A stretch of DNA of 64,000 nucleotides from Parasitella parasitica NRRL 2501. Taxonomy: Eukaryota > Fungi > Mucoromycota. How positions within the stretch are numbered: the first letter of the stretch is position 1; each line of letters starts with the position of its first letter. Positions 48,937-62,410 of this stretch are shown here, one piece after another. The translations under genes were made by a program, and so were the position numbers. Below the pieces are notes generated by a model, which worked only from the letters and a program-made list of their open reading frames with translations, had not been told where the DNA came from and searched no databases. The stretch lies in NCBI GenBank assembly GCA_025201805.1, contig MU619389.1:9487-73486 (forward strand), read 5' to 3'.

Positions 48937-51897
48937 GAGTACATAGTTGATATCAATCAAAGAAGAAGAAAAAAAAATAGATAATAGAAATCACCTTGTT
49001 TTAATTTGATATTTTGATGGTGGGGATTATTATTAGGGATTGTTGTCTTTGTGAAGTGTCTCTGCTGTCATGATTGATACTAGAAAATCGCAATAAAAAC
49101 TAGCAGTATAAACTCGACAGTTCTATTCGATGAACAAAATGCAGTTGCGAAGCCTTCTTTTCAGCGGTTTTTCTTGTTTCTTTTGAAACAGGCGTAGAAA
49201 TATGGATTGGGTCGCAACAAGCAACGCTAAGCGACGGTACTTTGCCGCCTGAAGCACATAAAGTTGCATTGATAATGATTGGGAGTTGGGATGGCTGGGT
49301 GGTTGAATAGTTCATTGATGAAGTAATATTTCATATCGATTAGAAAAGAGCAATGGAATGAGGAGAGGTGCCACCATTGAGACATCTACAACAAAAGCAC
49401 AAACAACGAAGATCCTAGGCGCCCTACCATAATTTGGTATCATTAATGTCAAAAGCAAGAAGACCGTACCAGGTTTCTCGGGAGAGAAAAAAGTTGCCAG
49501 GCACACGCCTAAAGCAATCAAAAGTATGGATACGGTAGAAGAACGGGTCAGAAGGGTTAGTATTTGTCTTTATTATATGTAATTGGGGGTATATGTGAGT
49601 CTTTAGACAATCAAGATTATCTGGTTCATCTTTCTGATTTTGGGAGCAGTCGCTGTGTTGTACATATTGATTAAAGCAAGCTCCTCGATGTTACAGTCGT
49701 AGCTCTTTAGGAGCGTCTGGATTAGTAGAAGCTTGCCCGTTAATAATCTTCTTGTGATTTTCATCTTGTTGGACCTGATGTCCTTCAATCTTCGCAAAGT
49801 ACATTTACTTCTCAAAGACTTTTTGAGACCAAGATTCTTATATTATTCAATACTGAGCAGCTTTTGCTCCAGCTTTTTCTTTTTTGACCTAGTACTGTAA
49901 TTTCAAAAAATGCTTTACGGTGCCTGAAAAAACGTATTCATAAACTGTTCATCATTGCTGCCGTTCGTGTATCTATATCATAACACTGCACTGCCAAATA
50001 AGACTCACTTGGCACATCAAATACGTGCATCATTGAATATTTTGATTATTTAAGAAAAGTGCTATCATTACACACAATTCAGTTGTTTCAAAGTATAGTA
50101 ACGTCGAGCGGTACTAAGCCTAGCAGTTTTACCTCTCAACGAAATGCGATCCTGGAAACACATCACTGTAAACTTTGAATATACAACAGCGGTGTCATTG
50201 TCTACTCTTTTAATTTGTTAAAATTCTAACTCTCGACGAAATGCGAATCTGGAATACGCATTGACCTTTTAATTAGCATTGTTATTTGAAAGAACATTTG
50301 AACATTTGAAAAAGGTAACATTTTACTGAAGCAAAGGAGTCAACCACTCCTATAAGCTGCACAGATGAAATCCCCTTTTATATGGTCTACTTTAGACGAG
50401 AAAAAGAACAAGCCTTAACCACAAGTAGAGTCATGTTGTAAATTGTAGTTTATTATAGCCTTTCATTTTTATTGTAAATGTACTTTCTTGGGTTCTCGAA
50501 AAAAAATTATTCGAAACTGACAGGATTAACCAACGTGAAGTTGAAAGTACAGTTAGTCCCAAAAAAGAGTCTTGAATGCTCTCTCCATGACTTCCCTAAC
50601 GGATAGTCAATCTTAGGAGCTCTGGAGAGTGCCGGTTGTTCATAAGCGCCAGCAAATTAGGGTGGGTTGAAGTCTTACATCCAGTATAACTCTCCCAAAA
50701 GTAACCCTCAGACCCAATATATTCAGGAAACGGAAAGAAAATGTCTTGAGAAGCTATTTAAGTTTAATAGTTAACGACAGTATATTGTCGATAGCACTGA
50801 CCAATTATAGTATATAGGTCATCGAGGTGGTGTTCTCAATCGCTAAATAAATTACTGTAGATTTGTATAGAAAACGATAAAAAACCGGATAATGTGCTGG
50901 TTTTAATATTATTGATTAGAAGTATCACATTAAAATGCAATATGAGTCGAAGTGGGTTTGTACATTATTGATTCTACATTGAGTTGTTTGCTAAGAAATG
51001 CCTAAAATGGTAACCGAATATCAAAATTGATCGATTTTGGATCCGGCTCAAAAGACTCGCTAAATAGACTTTGTCCCCTCAAGCCAAGCGAGATTAGGGA
51101 CTAACTAGTCATTTTTACATCTTTGTAGACAATATCTCTGCATGAAAAAACTCATAGGATAGAAAAGTATACATGAGAAAAAAAACAGGGCAAGGTATGA
51201 ATTCGAAGAATCCGTAGTGTAAATTCAAACAGCACTTGAACATTGTGAATATAAATCGCATCAGCAACATTCAGGAATCTCATGGATTTCAAAGCAAAAA
51301 GGAGAGGCAAGGCGCTAAAATAATACTAAGATACAGTAAATGCATGTATTTGGAATAACCACCTCAGTTACTTTTTACTCATGGTGCAAATAGCAATAAC
51401 CCTTAAAAATGCTTCATGCTAAGGAGCTTTCCCCCAATCTTTCCATGGAATTCTCGCGTCTTTTCTATAAATGCCAAATCTTTATTTCTTTTTCCATGCA
51501 TAGAATCCATTCGATTACCGCATACATCAACTTACAGAAGTTTTAACATTCTCGTTTTTGAAGTATCTTGTACTAGAAAAATCCCTCCTATTATCTTCCT
51601 CGTCAATTTATAGCATGCCTTTGTAGTTCAAAAGAAAATAGATAGCAAATATCGAATCTTTCCGAATTGTGCAATGTATAGAGAAAAAAAAAAGTAATGA
51701 GTGAGGAGAGAAGAGGAGCAGCAATAAACAATATACGTTAAAAGGGAACAATATGCATTATGCTGTAATTTCAATTAATCGATTTATTTGCTATTAACAT
51801 TACTATATAATCCAGCTAGTTTTAACTCATTGTAATAGACACTAATTTTTCTTCTTTATTCAATGGAATCGAAACCCCCCTTTTACTAGAAAAAAAA

Positions 51898-52628
51898 ATG
51901 AAGAAAATCCCAAGAATATCTAGGGCCAAGTTTGAAAACATTGCATATTTAACATTAAATGCAGTCAACATGGTTACTTATTTGATGGTGTTTGCTGCAT
52001 CGATCACTAAAGCCAAAGAAGGGGGACTAGTTGAAATCATCCAAGCCATATATTGCACGCAAGTAAAAAGGATAATGACATGTACTTTATTTTACTAGCA
52101 ACATTAATACGTTTTTTCTATAGCATGATTAGTTTGTTGTTGATCCTGCATGAGTTTACATCACCTGTGTGGATACAGAATTATTTCGGATTTTTGTATG
52201 TGCATCGAGGTAAGGGAATCTTGATGATATTGTGAGTATACCTGTACACATTTCTCGTATGTCGAACACAGCGATTAACGATCTATAGTCTTGGCTGCTT
52301 GGTCATGTGCAACATTGCATTCAACATTATAGTGACCATCATTGCATTTACGATTGGATTTGCATACTTTATTCTGTCGTTAATACCTACGTTGCCACCA
52401 CCCAACAGCTTTTTGATACACTGGCAAAATCATCGAGATTTCTGGGCGGAAGGATTAGATTTAACTGTCCCGAAAATACACACAGCGCCCAACAATAGCA
52501 ACGCTCTCCACTTTCCTCATCCTTCTGCTTGGCACCCTTCGTCATCTAAAATAGCATCAGCTAATTCATTTTTCCATTTTCCACTGCAGCAGCAGGAAAA
52601 CCCTCAATTGCTACGTGTATATTACTAA
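51898..52628 (+). CDS. Tvp15/COPI-associated Golgi membrane protein
   Basis: Three exons, the first intron GC-AG at 52059-52123. Several TM helices, YFGFLY..RGKG and the PP.N motif. Confidence 0.75.
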
Positions 52629-52769
52629 TGACAATAAAAGTCCATCGTGTGACACATGAAGCTTTGCTGTACCTTTTTCCAAATGGTGAGATTTAAATGG
52701 ATTGAATTCCTTCTTCATCTATTTTTAACCCTTTTTTTCTCTTCTTTTTCTCTATTTTTCACTTTTTTT

Positions 52770-52914
52770 NNNNNNNNNNNNNNNNNNNNNNNNNNNNNNN
52801 NNNNNNNNNNNNNNNNNNNNNNNNNNNNNNNNNNNNNNNNNNNNNNNNNNNNNNNNNNNNNNNNNNNNNNNNNNNNNNNNNNNNNNNNNNNNNNNNNNNN
52901 NNNNNNNNNNNNNN
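52770..52914. other. Assembly gap (N run)
   Basis: Run of n. Confidence 1.
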
Positions 52915-52937
52915 AAAAAAAAAAAAAAAAAAAAAAA

Positions 52938-54811
52938 GGCTCTGTCATAGTGAAACCAAAAAGTTCAATCAAGGCAAACCCTATCATCCTTAAATTTTCA
53001 GGTGCAATTTTCATATCAGCCAAAGATAAAGAAGTTATCCCACTATTTCAGCTGAATAAACTACTGCCAATCAATGGTGGAAAATCAAAAGTTCTGGACG
53101 CAAAAACGTATAGTTTTCCGTTTGAATTTACTGTTCCTGATAATTTACCCAGTGCAATGGATGTAAGTGCCATTTTTTTGTGTGTGAAGAGTCGTATTAA
53201 ATAGCATCGTTTTGGTTAGTTTGGGAAAAATAAGATTGCAAAGATTTATTACAAATTAACGGCGATATTGGATAGGCCGATGATGCCAGAGAGCTTATGT
53301 TCAAAGATTGAATACCCAGTGCTTGTATTGGAATATGTGGATGTGACAAAAGACAACTTTACGAAACCGCTTGAAAAGCAAAAGCAAACAACAGCATCCC
53401 ACATTAAATGCCACGCCAAGTTGTCTGTACCAAGAACTGGATTTACCAGAGGAGAGACTGTGCCTGTGAATATCGTTGTCAACACATTTCAAAGCTTTGT
53501 TAAAAAGGAAGCGCTGGTGATTGATTTAGTGCGCAAAGTAAAGGTACAAACCTCAAAGTAAGTTTCTGGGATGGTTAAAGGCGTACGGGCCATTTCTCAC
53601 AGACAGCTTCTTTTAGAAACACTCTGGACGAAGAGCACATTCTAAAATCAAACAAATTCGACTTGAACATTATTGGACCTTACAACTTTTCGCAATCCAT
53701 CACTAGTCAAATGCTAATCAAAACAACACCTCCCACCATTCGATACAAGGATAAAGCTATGCACATTCATTACAAGATAAGGGCCCAAGTATTTTTGTCA
53801 GATACGAGAAAAACACCAACATGCGTGATAGAATTGCCACTGGTTATTGGCACATGGCCTCGTGCTGATGTCCCTATTGACGACGACGACGACGATGACA
53901 TTATTCAAAACATGGGTGAAATGATGATAGGCGATGAAATCGACGACGATGATGAAGAAGAGGACGACGCCTGGATCAAACAACAAGAGGAGTTGGCGTT
54001 CAAAAGACAATCCTCATTCAACAATGCCGCTCAAGTGCGAAGATCAGGCTCAAACGGTTCTCTTGAGTCCATGTCATCTTGGATATCTCAGTCAACCATG
54101 GACCGTCGTATATCTGCAGGTACGAGCCCGACAACAACGACGACAAGCGGCGGAAGCAGCAGCCATTACATGATACCCATCGACAGCTACCAACGAAATA
54201 CCCTCCCCCCAGTGAGCGGACTGAAGATATCTAATGGATATTTGAATAGATCAACATCTACGCCCGATCTCTTATCAAATCCTCCTCCACCACCACCGCC
54301 TCAGCAGAGCAGAGCCAGGGTAATTGATCCTTTAATGCGCGCCTCGTACTATGAACCAATACCATCGCCTACCTCAGAAAATAGCGTAGGCCATCGATCC
54401 AGTAAATCAATGCACACAATTCAACCTTCGTATTCGACCTATACACTCCAACCAGCTCACCATCCGCAGCAACAGCAGCCTTCACCCACACGCCATCTTC
54501 GCTTGGGATCAGACGAAATCACTAGCTACAGCCATAGTCAGGTTATTCAGAATGAACCACAGGTGCCAAATCATACTCTAACGTTTTTGTCATCATCTTC
54601 TGTTGTCGCGCCACCAACAACGCCACCTAGAATAGTTACACAGCCTCAGCGATTTACCGAGTCTAGCAACACAAGTTCCCTGGATGAGACCTCTGAATCA
54701 GACTCTGATTTTGATGAGGATGATTTGTTTGCAATCATTGAAAGAAAGAAAAAGAAGGAAGAAAGGGAATTGAGAAAGCAGCAGAGGTCGATCTACACTG
54801 TGGCAGAATAA
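52938..54811 (+). CDS. Arrestin-like (alpha-arrestin) protein; 5' end at or within the gap
   Basis: YSFPFEFTVP.NLPS, IYYKLTA.LDRP, PRTGFTRGE.VPV, TPPTI and ELPLVIGTWP, then a low-complexity tail. Confidence 0.8.
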
Positions 54812-55148
54812 CATATTGAAACAAGAAGTTTGCGCAGCATTTTAAAATGCCATTCGTTTGCAACTACACACAACACAACCACTCATCATTTAGCTAGCAA
54901 TAATCACTTGATATATACATATTCATATATATATATAAAAAGGAGAAATCTTATCTTACTTGTGAAAAAAAGGCAATGCTTTTGTCTGCTAAATGTTGTG
55001 CATTTGGGTCTATAGCAACGCGCCATGAACTCACGCTAAGGCTAGCCGCTTATCAAATGGTATCACACCGTATAAACCATCGCCATAGAAACACCGTTGT
55101 AGAATAATAATAACACACCATGCACAACTGTACAACCCAAACAAGCTT

Positions 55149-57197
55149 TTATTCATCCTGCTCATTATCACCTGGAAGTACAAATCCAAGTTGGTTTAAA
55201 ATGTTACCCACAGGACCTGGTAGACCCTGTTGACTCTTGAAGCTTTCCAAAACATTCTTTACCAAGTTCAATTGAACATTCACAGGTGCTTCCACATCCT
55301 CTTCATCCTCGTCTCCATTGCCATTTGATTCTGCCGTTGATAATTTGGCAAAAGATCCACTAATCTTGTCATGGCTATATATCTCTTGATCCATTTCCTC
55401 CATAACATTTGATAGATCCTGTGTTTGCTCTGTCGCAAAAGGAGACGTTCCCCGTAAAATACTCATGAATTTGTCCAAGTTGAATTGGACAGCACCCTCA
55501 TCTTCAACGTCATCTTCATCGTCATAATCACTCTCCTCTTCTTCTTCATGATCATTCTCACTTGGAAATTCAACGCCGTCGATGCCACTTTTACTGCTCT
55601 CCACAAAATTCTCAAGATTAGCCATGATCGATTCCAAGTCCATAGATTCTTCCAAATTGCTATTGTTTTTAAATGTTGTGCCGCCACCAGCGCCATCAAC
55701 ATCCCTTTGTAAATCAGCCACCATACTTTGATTCATATGGCCCATTCTTTTCATGAGCAGTTCCTCTAATTGTTGTGGGTCCACGTTCATCCAATCATCA
55801 CTGTCTTCTACATGGCGATTGACACGAAGCAGCTCGTCCAGTGCTTCCTCGGAATACAGCGATAATAATGAGTCGATTCTTTGCTTGACGTTCTGACTAT
55901 TTGATAAGGTATTACAGCTACCCTCAAAGGTCTCTGGATCTTCTGCATCTAAATTGTCGAGAGATACGTATCTCTTCTCCATTTCATTTTGCACTTGCAG
56001 TTTATACTGAAGATACTGCTCCTTTGATTGTTTCTCTAATAGCCCATAGAGATGGGATCCTTTCCTCTCTGATCTAAAATACCCCAATTTTGTCAAATGG
56101 GCCACATAGGCCATGTAGTTTTTGTCATTGTCAAAATCGTAGGTCTCCATTCTTTCATTGCCGTATCCGTCATGTGCTGAGGGTGCACTGTGATACAACA
56201 TTTCCAGTCCGCAAGCTACCTTCATGCCCAACTCTGCAAGCTTGAACTGCTTCTTCTCTCTCACAGACGGTAGTCTAAATGGTTTGGGGGCATAGAATTT
56301 CTGACTGACGGTTTGTGCATAGGTTGTTTTAGTGAATTGAATGACAGTTTCTGTCAATCCTCGTTGCGGAGAAAATTCTTTCATTGACGCACATGCCTTC
56401 ATCGAAATGGGGTCTCTTAGGTAGAATGCTTCAATAGCCATGGTGATGAGTTGAGGTTCTGATAATAATACAAATGCGGCTTGATTGGGTAGGATGCAGC
56501 TCGCACGGTGAATTTCTTTTGCTGCTGCTGAGGGATAGTCTTTGATGCGGTCCATGATGGATTGCTGGATGGCCGATGAAGCCAGAGTATTTTTACTAAA
56601 ACGCACCAAGTCAATGGCTTTCTGGCGCATTAAAGGGCCCGAAGTAGCTTGTAATATATCGGCCGGTGAAGCGGGTAAAGGTATAATGTGCACTTGTCCC
56701 CTATACAAGTAGACCCTGTTTTGACTATTGGATGGGTCTAGCCACGCTGGAATATCTAGAGCCGCTTCTATCAATAAGACATCGCCGTCATTGTCTACGA
56801 GTGAGACCACTGACTCTGGTATCAGGATGGACAATGTCTTTAAAATATATACAACGAACCATTCATCATTGACGCAATCACCAAAACGAGTGGCGCCAAA
56901 CAAAAAGGGATATGAAGGATCTAAGCTTGTGGAATTAGTTGGATGATTGCATGCATGTATATTTTATTTCCAAATACCTTGGTGCTGGCTGTAAGCAATG
57001 GATAAATGAAACTTGTCCTTTTGCCAGAGGTAACCATCAACTAACGGCTGTATATGCGAAGAAATCATGTCGAGGGTGTCTTTTAAATAAGAAAGCATGT
57101 CTGATTCATTGCCATTTTCAGGCAAATAGATTGCATATTGGATATAATCGATATCTTTGGAAGAAGATCCTCGGAAAACGTCTTGTAAAGTGTCCAT
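55149..57197 (-). CDS. Ecdysoneless/SGT1 (ECD) family protein
   Basis: YLWQKDKFHL, TRFGDCVNDEWFVVYIL, DNDGDVLLIEAA..IPAWLDP.NS.NRVY, AFYLRDP, ELGMKVACGLEM and NVLESFKSQQGLPGPVGN. Confidence 0.9.
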
Positions 57198-57566
57198 GCT
57201 GCGACAAGAGAACGTCAAAACATTATGAATAAAAAAAAAAAAAGACAAGTAATCCCAAAAAAAAATTGATTGCGCGATCACAGCAACCCAAGTCTTGTCG
57301 CTAGACAACTGGTTCTGCTATATATCCATTAGATAAGCAGCTTCTTTAAGCCATTTTCGGGTAAGTTTATCTGCATAATATCTTTGTGTTGTCCCCTGTC
57401 AACAGGAATATACGTTTTTTTCACAAATTCAAAGAGAAATCAGCAGGCTGATGCAGTGTTCAAACTGAAATCCCAGTGACTATTCCCCAATATCCGCAAT
57501 TAAACCCCTTTGAGTGAATGTTGCTTTCTTTAAATTGGATTGTGTGTCCTCAGTTTTGATTTTGTC

Positions 57567-58773
57567 ATGAATATGAAGGATAGAACTTCAGAGTTCTATG
57601 CTCTTGCAGAACGCTTAAAGAAGAGAGGGAATGGAAAGAGTATCAATAGTCCTTATATAAATAAAAGGGATCTCTCAACAACCAAAACACGTTCAGAATT
57701 TTCCAGATTAGCTGCACAGCTAGGCCGCAATATAGCAGCCACTTCTGAAAAACTCGAGCAGCTGACATATTGTAAGTAGTATACGGGTCAACTATTGCTC
57801 ATTTATAATGAATTTAACATGACATTTGCTGCAAAAATCAGTGACCAAATCAAAAAATGGTTTCAACGACAACCACATTGAAGTTAATGCAAGTGTATTG
57901 CCTGCCACAGTGTTGGGAGAAATCAAAATTAACTCGTTGTTAAATAGGCATTGCAGCAATCTTTGAAACAAGACATAACAAAGCTAAATAATCAACTAAA
58001 GATTTTACAGTCTGTGAAAAATGGCAATAGATCTAATTCGAAACAAGCGTCAGAACATACAAACATTGTCATCATGTCACTTCAATCCAAATTAGCAGAT
58101 ACATCACTAGGCTTTAAGGATATTCTAGAAGCAGAAGTAAGGCGATACTTCTACATGCTAAAAATACATGTGCACTAATATGTACTTGAACTAGGTCGTA
58201 ATACAAAATAATGCCTCAGGTAACAAGTTAACATGTCCCAAGAAACATCTCAAATCTAATTATGTATCCAGCACAACCTTCTCCTCAACCACGAAGACGA
58301 GTAAATGCACACCAATATCAGGATTCGTCCAGCTCAGCAACAACAACACCAGCGTATGACGATTCACCTCAATCATTAGGTATACCCATGATATCACAGC
58401 AACAACAACAACAACAAATGTTGGAGCGCAATGACAAAAGGATTGAATCAAGAATAACAGCGATGGAGTCTATTGAAAGCACTATTGCAGAATTAGGCGG
58501 CATATTTCAGCAATTGGCATCTATGGTTGCAGAACAAAGAGAAACAGTTCAAAGGTAGGGTACTCTTCAACACTCGATAGCTGTCAATACTGTATAATGC
58601 TAATAAAATAATGTAGGATTGACCAAAATACAGACGATATCGAATTGAATGCGCTGGGGGCTCAGACAGAATTACTGAAATACTATCAGAATATAAGCAC
58701 AAACAGAGCTTTGATCATCAAAATTTTTGCTACAGTTATTCTATTCTTTTTGTTGTTTACATACATCATGTAA
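57567..58773 (+). CDS. SED5: Sed5/syntaxin-5-like t-SNARE (divergent)
   Basis: KDRTSEF N-peptide, SEFSRLA..LG, KQDI, SNARE motif IESTIAELGGIFQQLASMVAEQRETVQRID and a C-terminal TM. Six exons, including a 25-nt microexon. Confidence 0.85.
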
Positions 58774-59606
58774 ACACATAATAAAGTTTAGCATATTTTT
58801 TTTTTTGTTTTGTTTGTTAAATGAATGCCTCATTGCTAGGAGGGCGTGCCTCAAATGCAATCAAGATAGAAGTTGCTACAGAAGTCTTGGTCGAGCCAGG
58901 TGGTCACTAGAGGCTCGCACATATGGAAGTATCGTCTGCAATCTTCCCCTAGAAATGATCGGCATCTACAGATTTCATTTTTATTTTGTGGTAACCATCT
59001 TTTTTGAGTTATAAATACATGCTCTTAAATTTGCTTCATGTGATGTTTGAAGATGGAAACATTTGAACGGGTTGTTGTGCAAAGGTTTCAAGATGTTTGA
59101 AACCTGTTCATCCGTGCTTTTGGTAAAAATGGAATACAACTGCTAGTAGCTGTATATCACTTGGCTACAAAGATCCAAAAGTATGTCTGAGTGGCACTTT
59201 ATGTTTATTTGTAAAGTATTAAACTTTTTTTGTCAGGACATGAAGCAGTGATGAAATGTGTTTTCTCGATGCGTACAAAAACTAACTAGACGGCCTTATA
59301 TGGTTAATTTGCAAATTTTCAAACGCATTTTCATGGATTGATTCCTTCATCATGACAACACAAGGTGAGTGGGTCTCGGGGATCTTATTGAACATCACTC
59401 AGTGACTTTTGAAAAGGCTGTTGCACACAGAAAGAGAAGAGAAACGAAGAAGAAAAAAAAGAAAAACAAAAAACAAAGAAAAACCCCCCCACAATAGCCA
59501 TTCCTTTTCTTTCCCTCTTTTCTCATTTTTTCCACAATCAAACCACTTTATATCCCAAAAGCAAGACCCCTGCGTTTCCGAAACCTTTTATCTGTATCTT
59601 GTTTAA

Positions 59607-61770
59607 ATGTATTTTTATAATAATGAAGAGAAAGACGATAATCAACTCCTTGGACACTCTTTTGACGATTTAAACAACAGCAACATGAACAACAACCACT
59701 CATTCATGAACTTTAGCCAAAGCTTGCCGTCTCAATCGTTTGACAACAATTCTTATCAAAATGATACATCGCCTTCACTTTCCTCTGCACTGAACAATCA
59801 AGACGGCTTGTTTTCCCAGCAAATGGCTGATTACAATTTTTTTGACCAAGATAATGCCTTGTTTTCTGATGCTAATTTGGATCCCAACTTGTTCTTGGGA
59901 GCCATGTCAAATGATGAGCAGCAAGCAATCTTGTTATCAGATCCCAATTTCATCAGACAGCAACAACTGCTGCAAGAGCAGCAACAAAAGGCCAGCAAAA
60001 TGATGATGGAGAGCGGAAGCAACAAAGACGCAGCACCAACAACAGCAACAGCAGCACCACATTCAAATCTATCCGCCATGTTCAATGCACCATCGAGCAC
60101 TACAATGAAACCGCAGTTTGAACCGATCAATTTGATTACAAGCCAACAGCAAAAGAAAAACTTTGTAAACAGCCAGAACAACAGAAGAAAAAATTCGTCC
60201 ACAACTATACCCTTATCCTCCTCCACACCCAACAGCGGTGCCAATGACCCCTCCTCTGCTAATTCAGCAAGCGGTGGCATTGATCACCAACGCCGCTTCA
60301 ATGAGCTTCAAGCAAGATTCCGTGTCAACTATTCAAAGAAGTCTCCAAAGGCTCAGCAGCAAGATGGCATGACTGGAACATCCATGCCCATCACATACTC
60401 TGAGCAGCGGTCATTCTTATCTTCTTCATTTACAGACGGCGTCGGGTCCTCTAGGCGAAAGCTCTCGCTGGATCCAACACTGAGCAAATCTAATAGGATT
60501 ACCCGCGAACCTGGCAAAATCAAAGTTGTTGGAGGAAATACAGGTTACATTAGTAGCGGTACAAACGTTGGGGGTGGTGGTGGCGGCGGCGGCGTAAGCG
60601 GCGGTGGCGTTGGTAACCCACCAGTAAATTCTGGTGTGGCCATCCCAATCAATATCGCGAATAGCAGTAACTCGTCATCTTTGGCTCGAACTATGCCTAT
60701 TCAAATACAAAGAGTTCACCGAGCCAATGCATTCCAAGCATTCGACATTGAGCAGCGCCAGAAACGACTCGACGATCAACTGGTGAAGGTGGATTTTGAA
60801 GACATTACGGTATCAGAGCTGAAGGACATGTTGAGACAGAGAGGAAAACCTGCGACAGGTAAAAAGGCCACGTTGGTGCAGCGATTACAAGAGGAACGTG
60901 AAATCATCCAACATGCAAGAGCTAATGGCATTCCGATTGCCAACCGCAATGTACAGCCTTCGTCAACGACTTCTTCTATAATGGCTGAAGGCAGCCCCAT
61001 CCTTTCATCGCCTATGATGGAACACGCTGCCTCACTACCAGACCTATCAAGCTCACCTACGGCTGTGGGGCTGGGCTCTCTTGATCGTTCCATTGCCGAT
61101 ATGCATATCGGATCACCCCCCATGACATCGCAGCAATCTCGAAGGTTTCAACCTTACAGTTCGCCAAGGCCAGCAAATTCTAGCTACAGCAATAATAATT
61201 TATCTGCAGAATTCTACTCATCATCCATGCCAACAGGAAGCTTAGACATGATGATGATGCAGCAGCATGATTCACAGCAGCAAATGCAAACCGAACCTCG
61301 AGTGATGAGAGGCTTCAACTTTAAAAAATCATACGCACCATTTGCTTCTTCTGCATTGGCCACACCAGATCGAGAAGATGACTCTAATCCGTTTGACCAG
61401 TTGGAAAAAATAACGGAAAACCCTGCAAATAGCAACAACACAATGGGAGATATGGAATGGACAGATCCTTCTATTGAGCTCCTTTTACATCAAGGTAATT
61501 AGCATGTATGATAGAGTGGTTTTGCAGCTGTTTTAATTCATATCAAATTCAGGTGGGGTGGATCTCAATGGCAAATCTGCAGATGAATTGCTATCACTTT
61601 TAGCGTCGAACCCTGATTTCGGTAGCTCGCATGATTATCTGTACAATCAGGATCATTTTCAAAACTTTGGAGGAGGACCAGACCCAAATAATGTTTTGTT
61701 CGATGGATACAATACAACAAACGAATCGAATTTGCATCAGCCGAGTAACAATAATAACGCCAATTACTAG
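59607..61770 (+). CDS. SAP-domain low-complexity protein
   Basis: ITVSELKDMLRQRGKPATGKKATLVQRL SAP motif. Intron 61495-61552. Confidence 0.85.
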
Positions 61771-62410
61771 CTACATTAGACATTTTAAATACTTGCAACT
61801 CTCTCCCCCTATTTTAATTTACATATACAACATAGAGAAACTTATAGAAGTTATTTTAAGCATACACAAGGACACAAACACAAACATAAACACCATCTCA
61901 GAACTTTTAACATTATACTGTAACGGTATAGCAAGCTAAATTCCAAAAGAAAAAGCGGATAATTTTGGTTGCTTTTTGTAAACAATCTATAAATCGAAAT
62001 GTCACTTAACCCAATAGCACTGGACCTTCCACAAATTTTTAATTTTGCAAGTGTAGCAAAATTTTTTCGTTTGATGACCACCAAGTTGAGAATTATGCAA
62101 GTATCGATGCCACACAGCAAGCTGTACATCAAAAATTGTACAGGCTCACTTGAAGTGCCAACAACAACGAGAACGTATGTTATTCATTTTTATTATAGAA
62201 TGGTTTAATGCCATGTTTGTAACCAATGCTTTTTATAAGAAAATGAAAACGTATGGAGCAACATGAGGATAAGCATCTGGTTATGAAGACATTGGTGAAA
62301 TCCAGAATAATTTCGGAACCATTTAAACACTTACAGCTGACATGTGAAATAATTGTTTATTGATTATAAAAAAAAAAAAAGAGAGATGGCTTGTCTTTTC
62401 GATATAAACA

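Noticed and set aside
49100-49815. Short minus-strand ORFs after the BFR1-like gene
   Set aside because: No coherent splice model or recognisable domain. At most a decayed relic.
50133-50262. CRISPR-like repeat-spacer-repeat
   Set aside because: Only two degenerate copies, eukaryotic context, and no cas genes.
58940-59200. U3 snoRNA or RNase P resemblance (gatcatttctag; tctgagtgg)
   Set aside because: The motifs lie on opposite strands, and the other required boxes and the P4 helix are absent.
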